DNA of 63,300 nucleotides, filler included, from Parachlamydiales bacterium (GTDB taxonomy: Bacteria > Chlamydiota > Chlamydiia > Chlamydiales > Parachlamydiaceae), in the NCBI GenBank assembly GCA_020051075.1. It is 6 parts of 6 records of this genome, joined end to end, with 100 filler letters (N's around TTAATTAATTAA, not from the genome) between each part and the next. Parts side by side here need not be neighbours in the genome. Positions count along the whole stretch, not along the records: positions 28,174 to 36,392 come from JAGVJP010000072.1; positions 36,493 to 49,340 come from JAGVJP010000084.1; 4 more parts are not named here. One strand, written 5' to 3'. The translations under genes were made by a program, and so were the position numbers. Positions within the stretch are counted from its first letter, which is position 1; each line of letters begins with the position of its first letter. Shown in pieces: positions 30,960-40,100 of this stretch. Below the pieces are notes generated by a model that did no database searches, was not told the DNA's origin, and saw nothing but the letters and a program-made list of their open reading frames with translations.

Positions 30960-31111
30960 GATTTCGTCCATCGTGTCCATCAGGGTTTCCTAGGGGACAT
31001 ACGTGACAAGAAGCAGAAAATTGCAAAATCTCTCTTTACAGAGAAAAAAATTTATTATATGTATTCATGTTAGGAAAATTAAACAAAATTTAGATACGAA
31101 AGGGAAGTCAT

Positions 31112-31363
31112 ATGATACGTTTTATTCTCAACTTTATCTTGTTTGGAATCTTATTCTATTTGATCTATCACTTTTTTCCAGATGCGTTTCAGATTCTTGT
31201 GACATGGGCAGAGCATCTCTATGAGTTCCTCAAAGACCTTGCGATGCAGCTCTATTCGAAGCTGTCATCGGTGGTCAAACAAGCTCCGTCAGCTCCTGCA
31301 GCCCCTGCAGCACCCCAGCATGAAGCCCTATCTTGGATGGTGAAGAGCTTCTATGGCAGATAG
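31112..31363 (+). CDS. Small membrane protein
   Basis: 83 aa with an N-terminal TM helix; overlaps the start of the next gene. Confidence 0.7.
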   Translation: MIRFILNFILFGILFYLIYHFFPDAFQILVTWAEHLYEFLKDLAMQLYSKLSSVVKQAPSAPAAPAAPQHEALSWMVKSFYGR

Positions 31364-32372
31364 AACTGAAATCTCTCTGACGCAAGATCAGGTTGATGAG
31401 GCGGTGAAAAGTCGGATACTGACGCCTGAACAGGGGGGGCAGCTTTGGCTGTTCTGGAAAGAACGCCAACCTCAGCGCGTCAGTCATTTCGACTATATCT
31501 CCGTTCTCCAATACTTCGGGATGGCTGGGGTCTTAGTTGCCATGGGCCACTTTGTCCACAGTCATCACTTGCTTGGCAATTATGGAATGGCCCAGATTTC
31601 GATTTTCTATGCAGTCCTATTTTTTGCTTTTGGCTATTGGCTCTGGAAACAGCCGTGCTACCGATTTGGAGGGGGATTATTTCTTACCCTTTCGGTCTGC
31701 ATGATTCCACTCCTGTTGTATGGAATCGAAAGCGGGCTCGGTCAATGGCCTCAACTTCAAGCAGAACAGCTAATGGCAGGTGAGCAGGGGAAGCAATACG
31801 ACCTCCTTGTCCGAAGCCATCAAATTAGACTTGAAGCTGCAACTGTTGTTGGAGCGATGGTGATGCTTAATTTTTTTTCCTTTCCTCTTCTGCTCTTGCC
31901 CCTGGTCATCTCCGGTTGGTTGTTATTCCTTGATGCATTGCCCGTTCTGTTTCCATTCAACCTATTTTTGTGGCGTGAATTGCTCGAAATCACCGCAGCT
32001 TATGGCGCCGGCGTTCTCCTTTTTGCTTACAAAGCTGACCGTAAAAATCAGAGCGTTTTTGCCAGTTGGGGGTATTTTCTCGGACTTGCTCTATCCTGGA
32101 GTGCCTTGACAGCGTTGATTTGGGATAGCTCTGAATTGGTCAAGGGCTGTTATTGCCTTGGCAACGGGGTGTTATTGCTTCTCTCTTTTGTTTTCAATCG
32201 CACGGTATTTTTGTTATTCGGAGCACTAGGGGTTTTAGGCTATTTTTGTTATTTAGCTTACCTGTTGTTTAGCAATCCTTTTACTTTTTCGTTTGTGATC
32301 AGCCTCATCAGCATCAGCGCTCTTTATCTCGGGGTGTTTTTTCAAAAACATCAAAAGCGGCTGTTTATTTAA
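31353..32372 (+). CDS. Polytopic membrane protein (DUF2157-like)
   Basis: N-terminal AVKSRILTPEQ helix motif followed by about 9-10 TM helices. Confidence 0.7.
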   Translation: MADRTEISLTQDQVDEAVKSRILTPEQGGQLWLFWKERQPQRVSHFDYISVLQYFGMAGVLVAMGHFVHSHHLLGNYGMAQISIFYAVLFFAFGYWLWKQPCYRFGGGLFLTLSVCMIPLLLYGIESGLGQWPQLQAEQLMAGEQGKQYDLLVRSHQIRLEAATVVGAMVMLNFFSFPLLLLPLVISGWLLFLDALPVLFPFNLFLWRELLEITAAYGAGVLLFAYKADRKNQSVFASWGYFLGLALSWSALTALIWDSSELVKGCYCLGNGVLLLLSFVFNRTVFLLFGALGVLGYFCYLAYLLFSNPFTFSFVISLISISALYLGVFFQKHQKRLFI

Positions 32373-32389
32373 CGATTGTCAAATGAATT

Positions 32390-33100
32390 ATGGATATTAC
32401 AAGTCTTGATTATAAAAAACTGACCGCGGAAGAACGGGTCGAATATGTCGATAAGCTCCCTTCCAATCTCGAGTGGGCACAAGGGCTTATTTTAGGAGAC
32501 GAGTGGGCAAATAGTTTGACACATGCTCTTGGCTTAGTGTTAAGCTTCATTGGTGGAGCCTATCTGGTCATGAATGCTTGGACTGAAGATAACCAAGAAA
32601 AGGTTGTTGCCCTATCGATCTATGGGATCTGTTTGATCCTCCTCTATGCGACGTCAACGCTGTATCATGCGGTGCGCCATCATCGGCTCAAAAAACTATT
32701 TAGAACCTTCGATCACTGTGCGATCTATCTCTGCATAGCCGGGACTTATACTCCTGTGACTAATCTTGTCCTAGAGAAACCTTGGGGAGATTTGCTGTTT
32801 TCTCTAGTTTGGGGACTGGCTTTTCTTGGGATCTGCTTCAAGATGTTTTATACACATCGGTTCAAGGGACTTTCCCTTTGCATCTACATCGCCATGGGTT
32901 GGCTCATCGTCATTGCTGCGGAGCCCTTTTTCAATAGCTTCCCTTATGAGGGGATCTGCTGGATTTTTTTTGGAGGGCTGAGCTATACGCTGGGAATTAT
33001 CTTCTACCTCCTTGATAAGAGGCGTTTTTATCACGCGATCTGGCATCTGTTTGTATTAGGGGGGAGCGCCTCCCATTTCGCAGCTTTCTTATACCTCTAG
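32390..33100 (+). CDS. Hemolysin III / PAQR-family membrane protein
   Basis: EWANSLTH, STLYH, DHCAIYLCIAGTYTP, HAIWHLFVLGGS. Confidence 0.93.
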   Translation: MDITSLDYKKLTAEERVEYVDKLPSNLEWAQGLILGDEWANSLTHALGLVLSFIGGAYLVMNAWTEDNQEKVVALSIYGICLILLYATSTLYHAVRHHRLKKLFRTFDHCAIYLCIAGTYTPVTNLVLEKPWGDLLFSLVWGLAFLGICFKMFYTHRFKGLSLCIYIAMGWLIVIAAEPFFNSFPYEGICWIFFGGLSYTLGIIFYLLDKRRFYHAIWHLFVLGGSASHFAAFLYL

Positions 33101-34338
33101 CGATTAGAGGGCGGTATGTAGATCAACACCTTCTCGACCCGTTTCCCATCCATTTTTACAATTTTGAAACGAAACTTATGCCATATGAACGTGTTACCAA
33201 CAGCTGGGATGTTTCCGAGTTGGTGCATACAAAACCCTCCGAGGGTGCGGTATATTCCCTTTTCCTCTTCAGGTAGCTTCTCAATGTCAAATTGATCTTT
33301 AAGTTCGTCAATGGGGAGCATGCCGTCCACCAACCATGACCCATCTTTCCGTTGGATAATTTGCGTTTCAGGAAGAATGGATGTTGTTTGCACATCACCA
33401 ACGATAGATTCTAAAACATCATGGAGGGTAATCATCCCTTGAATGCCGCCATATTCGTTTGTGATTAGAGCAATATGGTTGGGTGTCTTTTTGAAGATCT
33501 CTAAAAGCTGCACCACCCGCATATTTTCAGGAACAAATAACGGCGGCTTGATCACAGCAGTAAGGTCGATTTGGCCATTTGTGAGCAAGTAATTGAGGAT
33601 GTCTTTAGAGGTCGCTAACCCAAGAACCTCATCAAGTTCGCTGTCGCAGACCGGAAAGCGGTTATGGGGAGAGAGGTCGAGCATTTCTCTCAACATATCG
33701 GGTGGAGTGTTGATATCGATCCACTCGATGTCTTGCCTCGGGACCATCAAGATATTGACCCGGCGGTTGCTCAGACGTAAGATTCCTTCCAGCATATCAT
33801 GTTCGACCTCTTTAATCACTCCAGCTTGTGTCCCCTCTTCTAGGATCTGTTTAATCTCTTCTCCAGTGATTTTTTCTTGGTTTTTCCCTCTAGACAGTAG
33901 GCGGGCAAAATATTCAAAAGAGATGACAAAAGGATAGGTGATCGTGATCAAAAATCTAATGCTATAGGCAGAAGAAGGGGCGAGCTTTTTCCAATACAAT
34001 GCCCCTAAAGTTTTGGGGATCATCTCGGTGAAAAAAAGCATTGTCAGAGTGAGGATGATGGAGGTGATCGCGAGCCAGTGGTCTCCATATAATTCAACAA
34101 CTTTTGAACCAACCCCAGCAGCACCAAACGTGTGTGCTGCTGTGTTGATCGTCAAAATTGCTGCTAGAGGACGATCGATACGCTTCTTCAGATCGGCTAA
34201 AATCAATCCCGCAGAAGGTTTCTTCTTTTTTAGAAGCGAAACATAGCCATTTGTACAGCATAGGAGGACAGCTTCCAAGATAGAACAGGTGAAGGAGATG
34301 ATGTGAGAGGTGATATAGTAAAAAAGAAGTATATACAT
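33097..34338 (-). CDS. CNNM/CBS/CorC-domain hemolysin-family protein (TlyC-like)
   Basis: CSILEA, EMIPKT, two CBS domains, NEYGGIQGMITLHD, CorC C-domain WLVDG...YRTLGG. Confidence 0.93.
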   Translation of the reverse strand: MYILLFYYITSHIISFTCSILEAVLLCCTNGYVSLLKKKKPSAGLILADLKKRIDRPLAAILTINTAAHTFGAAGVGSKVVELYGDHWLAITSIILTLTMLFFTEMIPKTLGALYWKKLAPSSAYSIRFLITITYPFVISFEYFARLLSRGKNQEKITGEEIKQILEEGTQAGVIKEVEHDMLEGILRLSNRRVNILMVPRQDIEWIDINTPPDMLREMLDLSPHNRFPVCDSELDEVLGLATSKDILNYLLTNGQIDLTAVIKPPLFVPENMRVVQLLEIFKKTPNHIALITNEYGGIQGMITLHDVLESIVGDVQTTSILPETQIIQRKDGSWLVDGMLPIDELKDQFDIEKLPEEEKGIYRTLGGFCMHQLGNIPAVGNTFIWHKFRFKIVKMDGKRVEKVLIYIPPSNR

Positions 34339-34398
34339 CTGTTTCGTTAGTTAAAATGCAGAGTCAACAAAACCTTAGAAGCTGTGCTTTCACCTGAG

Positions 34399-34821
34399 TT
34401 ATTTATTTGGACATATCTTTGGATAAATCTCTTGATACAACTTTAGGCCAATTTGGTAAATGATAAAAGAAGTCCCAAATACAGTCAAAATCTGTGTATT
34501 AGTGAGTCCCTGGTTGAAAACGTTGCAAAGAGCTTTCGTTACAATAAACGAGATTGCGATTTTGGAAAAATCACGCATCAGCACTAGAGGTGAATTTGGG
34601 TCAGAAATTTGAACATTGTTGTTGATCGAAGGGCTGATGGCTTTCCAGATAGTAAGCATTGTAAACGAGAAAAATGCTGCACGCATTGGAGGAACAAAGG
34701 TGAAGCGAGAAGCATTGAAATAAGTGAATCCGCTGATTGCTAATGTTTCCAATAGTGGCGAAGCAGAATGATAGTGATTGGTTACATAACTCGGTAACAT
34801 TGAGGTGAGTTTATTTGTCAT
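34399..34821 (-). CDS. Small hydrophobic hypothetical protein (Inc-like candidate)
   Basis: 140 aa with several hydrophobic segments; AAGGA upstream. Confidence 0.65.
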   Translation of the reverse strand: MTNKLTSMLPSYVTNHYHSASPLLETLAISGFTYFNASRFTFVPPMRAAFFSFTMLTIWKAISPSINNNVQISDPNSPLVLMRDFSKIAISFIVTKALCNVFNQGLTNTQILTVFGTSFIIYQIGLKLYQEIYPKICPNK

Positions 34822-35026
34822 ATTATTTCCTTAAGTTAAAATTAATTATCAGAAAATGATTTTGATCGTTTTATGAATATATGCGAAAAAAACGTCCGCT
34901 AACAGATTAAACATTAGATTACTATAAAGTTGTTATTTTTCCTAGAAAAATATTCCTCATCAAAGGGGGAGCACGGATCCTAACCAGAATCTACCGTGAA
35001 CGAGCCTGGGCTCGTTCACGATAGAA

Positions 35027-35467
35027 TTATTCGTCAGCACTCATGTATGCACGAAATACCTGCCCAGAAAATGCAGCTAACGTAAGAATAAAGCTGCTCT
35101 TGTAGGAGAGCGTGCCCATAGAGCATTGTTGCACTGCTACTGCGCTCAAGACACCGCCTACGACAATGATTGCTGTGCGGCTGTGCATTGAAATATCCCG
35201 ATATCGCCGCATTGTTTCAACCGCGCTCGTAACTACAGTGTAATTTACGACTGCAAATAACGCAGCGGAAAGAATAGACGTGGATTGAAAGTATTTTGCA
35301 CAAGCCACTGTAACAATTAATGAAACTGGCAATCCATGAAGCACACAACGGTCAACAATATATTCATTGTATTTATTGCTACACCAATCAGCAGCCTTTG
35401 GCCAACGATCGGACATATTTTCAGCAATTCGATTTAAAAAAACTCCACACATAATAACTATCTCCAA
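35027..35467 (-). CDS. Small hydrophobic hypothetical protein (Inc-like candidate)
   Basis: 146 aa with two bilobed hydrophobic regions; start uncertain. Confidence 0.65.
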   Translation of the reverse strand: MEIVIMCGVFLNRIAENMSDRWPKAADWCSNKYNEYIVDRCVLHGLPVSLIVTVACAKYFQSTSILSAALFAVVNYTVVTSAVETMRRYRDISMHSRTAIIVVGGVLSAVAVQQCSMGTLSYKSSFILTLAAFSGQVFRAYMSADE

Positions 35468-35540
35468 TTAAATTAAACGATTTACTAACGAATGATAACA
35501 AATTCAGTTATATATGTCACTATAAAAAAGTTGCGAGTAG

Positions 35541-35690
35541 TATGGACAATATGGACAATATGGACAAGATGGACTTTATGGACGGGGATGGACCTATTGT
35601 TCTCGTGCATAAAGTCCATCCTGTCCATATTGTTCATACCTGTCCATATTGTTCATACCTGTCCATATTGTTCATTTCATCCCGTCCATT
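35541..35690. repeat. ATGGAC-family foldback repeat (copy 2)
   Basis: TATGGACAA tandem units followed by inverted GTCCATATT units; same unit family as 85-263. Confidence 0.85.
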
Positions 35691-35800
35691 TTTTCGAGAT
35701 CACCAGCGTTTTTGTTTAAACCCATAATATTTCCTATTTAAATATTCCACTTGCAATTGAATTTAGTTTGTGTTAAAATTGGTTTTTTCAATTCAATAAT

Positions 35801-36392
35801 ATGGAGTTAACAATGTCAGGTATGATACAAACTGTTGGATCGCAATTTTCTGGGATCAATTATCAGGGAATTTCTAAATTTTGTGTAGAATGGACGGGTC
35901 GTGCAATCGATTTTTGTAAGACAATCCCAAATCGAGTCGGACCAGAAAATTTGAAAATTGGCGGAGCATTTGTCTTGACAAACGTGTTCTGTTATCTCTT
36001 GACTAGTTTGTTCATTGCTAAGTTAGAACAGCGTTATCAAACTCATGATAAAGTGAGTGGAAATTTGACAGACAGACAAATAAGCCTTAAGCAAGGGGTG
36101 CTCAATGGAGTTATCCCTGTTACTTTGGCTGTGATATTTAATGTTGCACTTGCTAAGGTGATCAAGCACGAGTTAAGCTTAATCGGGTTGTTGGGGATCA
36201 CGGCTACTGCTGTGATTATTCGTCATTTACTCAATCGGCCAAAACCACCAGCAGCAGAGACGCCACCAGCCGGGACACCAGCAGCAGAGACGCCACCAGC
36301 CGGGACACCAGCAGCAGAGACGCTACCAGCCGGCACACCAGCAGCAGAGATTCCCCCAGCAGGAGAGATTCCAGGAGGGACACTAGCAGCAG
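35801..36392 (+). CDS. Inc-like protein, WxGRxI family member 3, truncated by the contig end
   Basis: MSGMIQ...EWTGRAI...FNVALAK aligns with the 28333 and 28866 ORFs; C-terminal PAAETPPAGT repeats. Confidence 0.78.
36247..36392 (+). repeat. 30-bp coding tandem repeat (PAAETPPAGT)
   Basis: ACCAGCAGCAGAGACGCCACCAGCCGGGAC repeated about 4-5 times with decay. Confidence 0.9.
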
Positions 36393-36492
36393 NNNNNNNN
36401 NNNNNNNNNNNNNNNNNNNNNNNNNNNNNNNNNNNNTTAATTAATTAANNNNNNNNNNNNNNNNNNNNNNNNNNNNNNNNNNNNNNNNNNNN
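36393..36492. other. Artificial contig linker
   Basis: N-run with TTAATTAATTAA. Confidence 0.99.
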
Positions 36493-36493
36493 T

Positions 36494-37159
36494 TCCAAAG
36501 ATCATGTTTTTAAAGCGTTAGAATGTATCAGACTCGAGCCTGAAGAGCGTATTTTTTTGCGTTCCAGTATTGATTTAGAATTGGTTGAAAATGCTCGTCA
36601 GTTTGAGGATCAAACACCCGGCTATTTTGGAGTAGATGTAAAGCTTCGCGCGAATAGCGCAGGATTGCTTCTCTTTTCTTATTGGATGCATCACTTTGCG
36701 GTATCGGTAGATAAATGGGCTGATTTTCAGAACAGATGGAATAACCGTCTAACAGAACAAAAAGAGACGCCAGATGATAGGATGGAACCTTCAACTAGTT
36801 GGCTTCATTTACGAAAAATAGAGAGTACTTTTGAACAACCTATTTTCTCTTTTGAAGCGCCTGATGATGGAAGTCGAGACTTATATATCTTTGGCAACCC
36901 AAGAGGTTTTGAAGAATTGTCTCAAATCACAGAGGAGTATGCTTTTAGCTCCGATCATGATGAATTCTATGACATACCCTTGGAAAAGATGTTTAGAGGA
37001 CATCCTAGAGTCGGAATATTTGGTCCGCAACACTTTCGCTCTTTTAATGGATGGCAAATTTTAGGGGGAGGCTTTTTTAATCCAGCTTATAATCCCCTAA
37101 AAAAACAGTCACTGTTCGATGCGAAAATGAATCACGTAAACACAAGGATTCTATTATGA
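36494..37159 (+). CDS. Hypothetical protein with two Imm32-like immunity motifs; 5'-truncated
   Basis: The frame is open back to the contig edge. Motifs LRANSAGLLLFS and IFGNPRGFEELS. Its stop overlaps the next start (ATGA 37156-37159). Confidence 0.6.
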   Translation, partial: SKDHVFKALECIRLEPEERIFLRSSIDLELVENARQFEDQTPGYFGVDVKLRANSAGLLLFSYWMHHFAVSVDKWADFQNRWNNRLTEQKETPDDRMEPSTSWLHLRKIESTFEQPIFSFEAPDDGSRDLYIFGNPRGFEELSQITEEYAFSSDHDEFYDIPLEKMFRGHPRVGIFGPQHFRSFNGWQILGGGFFNPAYNPLKKQSLFDAKMNHVNTRILL

Positions 37160-40100
37160 TTCACGATACGCTAGACAGTTTGTACCATTCAAGATCCCAT
37201 CAAGAAATTTGTCAGGATATTGGAGAAAACGGAAAATTGGCTGATTCCAAAAAACGAATTGAGCGATTAAAAGCTTCTATATTTCCTCTGACGAAACCTT
37301 TCCTAGATCAGCATGGGGATACTTTTCAGGTTTGGTCGACCCCCGGATCGAGAGCTATTGTGACGATTCAGCATTCTAGTGGTCTAATCACATATGTTTC
37401 AAGAATTAGAAATGCTCTTAATCTTGATGACAACTGTGTGACGATACATAACAGGTTGTTAACTGCTCCAGATTATTGCGAATGGAGATTCACTCCGAAT
37501 GAGGATGGAAGTTTGACTATATGGCCTCACATATTGGCTGGGGGGTGGAGGGATGTTCTTCCGCGATCACAATTTGATCTAAGTGGTTTAACGAGACTTG
37601 CCCGTGGAAAAACTCAAGAGCAAATGTGCGCTTGGTTTTATACTAATGACTACCAGGCCAATAACCCAAGAGAGGGAACTCGCATAGAAATTCACATGGA
37701 TGGGCAATTTGCTGGGTCATATTCTCCCGAGGATCATCAGACCATTCGGAATTTATTAAGGCAGGGAGGGAATATTCTCGCTATCCATTTCGCAGAAGCA
37801 AGTCATCGTGGGCAGCAAAACAACTTTATTGGGAGAGGCCTAACTTTTCAACATCCATCAGACAGAAGTGAATCTACATTTAATGTGGATTTTACAAGGG
37901 TGAGAAATGAACATGGTGATTTGGTTGCTGAAAATGAAGGAGGGTATCACATTGATGTGAGAAACCCTGGATTTAGTAGCAAGGTGAAAATTAGTACCAG
38001 GGAGACTTATGATGCTAACTATGAAGCAATTAGAGGTGGGAGAGCGAGACCTTTCAAATTAAAAGCCGCATTAATCATAAAACCTTTTCACCAAACACTT
38101 CAGCAAACAGGGCTAACAAAATCGTATAACTCGTCGAATCCAGATCACCCAGCACCAGAACAGGGAAGTACACAGGGAGAGATTGGGGGTGTAGGATGTA
38201 GTGTAGAGTTTCTTGAGGGGCTTTTCAACAATCCAGAATGGCTTTTTGAGGCTGAACATCAGTTTTTTATTCCTGAAATGAATGGGGAGATTATTCCTTG
38301 TACGACGCAGGAGCTGCATCAGCTTCTTCAGGAGCTAGCGGTGGGAATCTATGTGCATGACACCATTCCATTTTTTAGCCTTCACTTTAACCAAGATACC
38401 AACCTGTATCCTGTCATTCATCCTGCTTATCAAAATACTCTTGTCGGGCAGGTCATCAGTATGCTCGATTATTTCATGAAGGGGTACTTGAATGGAGCGG
38501 TTTTCAAGGAAGAATTTGTGCAACAGTGGCAACAAAATCCCTATCCAATTGTCGCTAAACGGGGGATTTTTGATCAGATGATCGACTTTCACGATTATGC
38601 TGGAATTCATCTCTCAGGAAGAGATCAACGCTATTTTTCTGCTAGAACGCTCTTGAATTTATCTGGAGAGGGAGATACTCGCGTTGAACGAGCCATGGCG
38701 ACGGCGACGTCTGCCTTTTCAAGGATGACTCGCACTCCTCCTCAATATGACTTTTCAGATTACACGAAATTTACTAATTCCTTCCGAATCATTGCCAAAC
38801 AGCAAAAGATTGAAAAAACAAAAGAGTTGTTCGTTCTACATCCTGACTTTGATGTCTTCTATACAATTGAACCTGACCCTGAATACAAAGCACGCCTTGA
38901 TGAATATCATCAACTGACTGGGATGTATCCGCTTGAATACCAGAAGTTGGAGATTGTTTATGATGTGATGAAAGAACGTATCCATGACCACATGACGAAG
39001 ATGCCTTTTTGTCGAAAATACTTTGCGATGCTAGGCCTCATCAATTTCTTTTCGCACTATTTCATGACGCTAAAAAAACATCGAAGGTTTCCTATCTTAC
39101 CAAGGTGTCATCCTCAACCTGCTGGATCCCCTTCGCTATTTCCATCCCTTCCTCTTCTTGCTCAAAAAGAGTTCACCCTTACTTATCGTTCTTCTGAGGT
39201 ATTGGTAAGTATCATTGGGAAAGAGAGGGATAGATTAAAAGAGTATTACAGTACGGGAGATTTGTCTCGCCGCAATGAGCTTAAGGCTTCCATTAAAGAA
39301 TCTTGGGTGAATCTTGTCTGGGAAAATCTTTATAATAGAACAGAATTTATTTATCAGCATTACTTGGAAAGTGATAAGGCAAAATACCTGAGGTTAATTT
39401 CCAGCCGATTTCCCTTTGATTCGTTAGATTTGATCGAATCGGTTTCGATGAGAGTGCGGCGTGATGTTGATAGCTATTTATCGATCCCTGATTTATTAGA
39501 TGATTTTCCCAACTACTTATCAAAAATTATTGATTATAATAAGTTCTGGAATGGCCTTATAGCACGTTCAGAGGTGTCATTAAAAGGAGAGGAGCTCATT
39601 GTTCTATTACCATCGAACCAAACTCTAGAAGACCATGGGGGAGGAAGGAAGATTGTTGGAGGCTGCGGCCTTCATATGGAACAGCATCCTATTCTCAGTT
39701 CATCAAATGGACCTTATATTTTAGAACATGTCAAGGAGCTGTTAGCTCATACATCTCATGGTGAATGGATTCCTTTAGATACTGACGGAGCGGTTTGTCC
39801 GAAAGGGGCAGTGTTTAAATTGGCTTTTGACGATCTTCCTCTAGGAATTTTGGAGGATAAAGAAGGGTTGCATCACTTCCTAGTTGGTTCTGTTCCTCCT
39901 ACGGATACGTCATTATCATCATCTTCTTCTTCCTCATCATCTTCTTCTTCCTCATCCTCTTCTTTGGTCTCGCCAGACCCCATTTCTAATGTTCTCAAGA
40001 TACAGAGAATTTTATCTTTTGTTGCAAAGAACGACCAAGAGGGGTTTCTTAGAGAAATTAATGACTATTCATTGCAACAGTTGAACGACTATCAAGGCCG

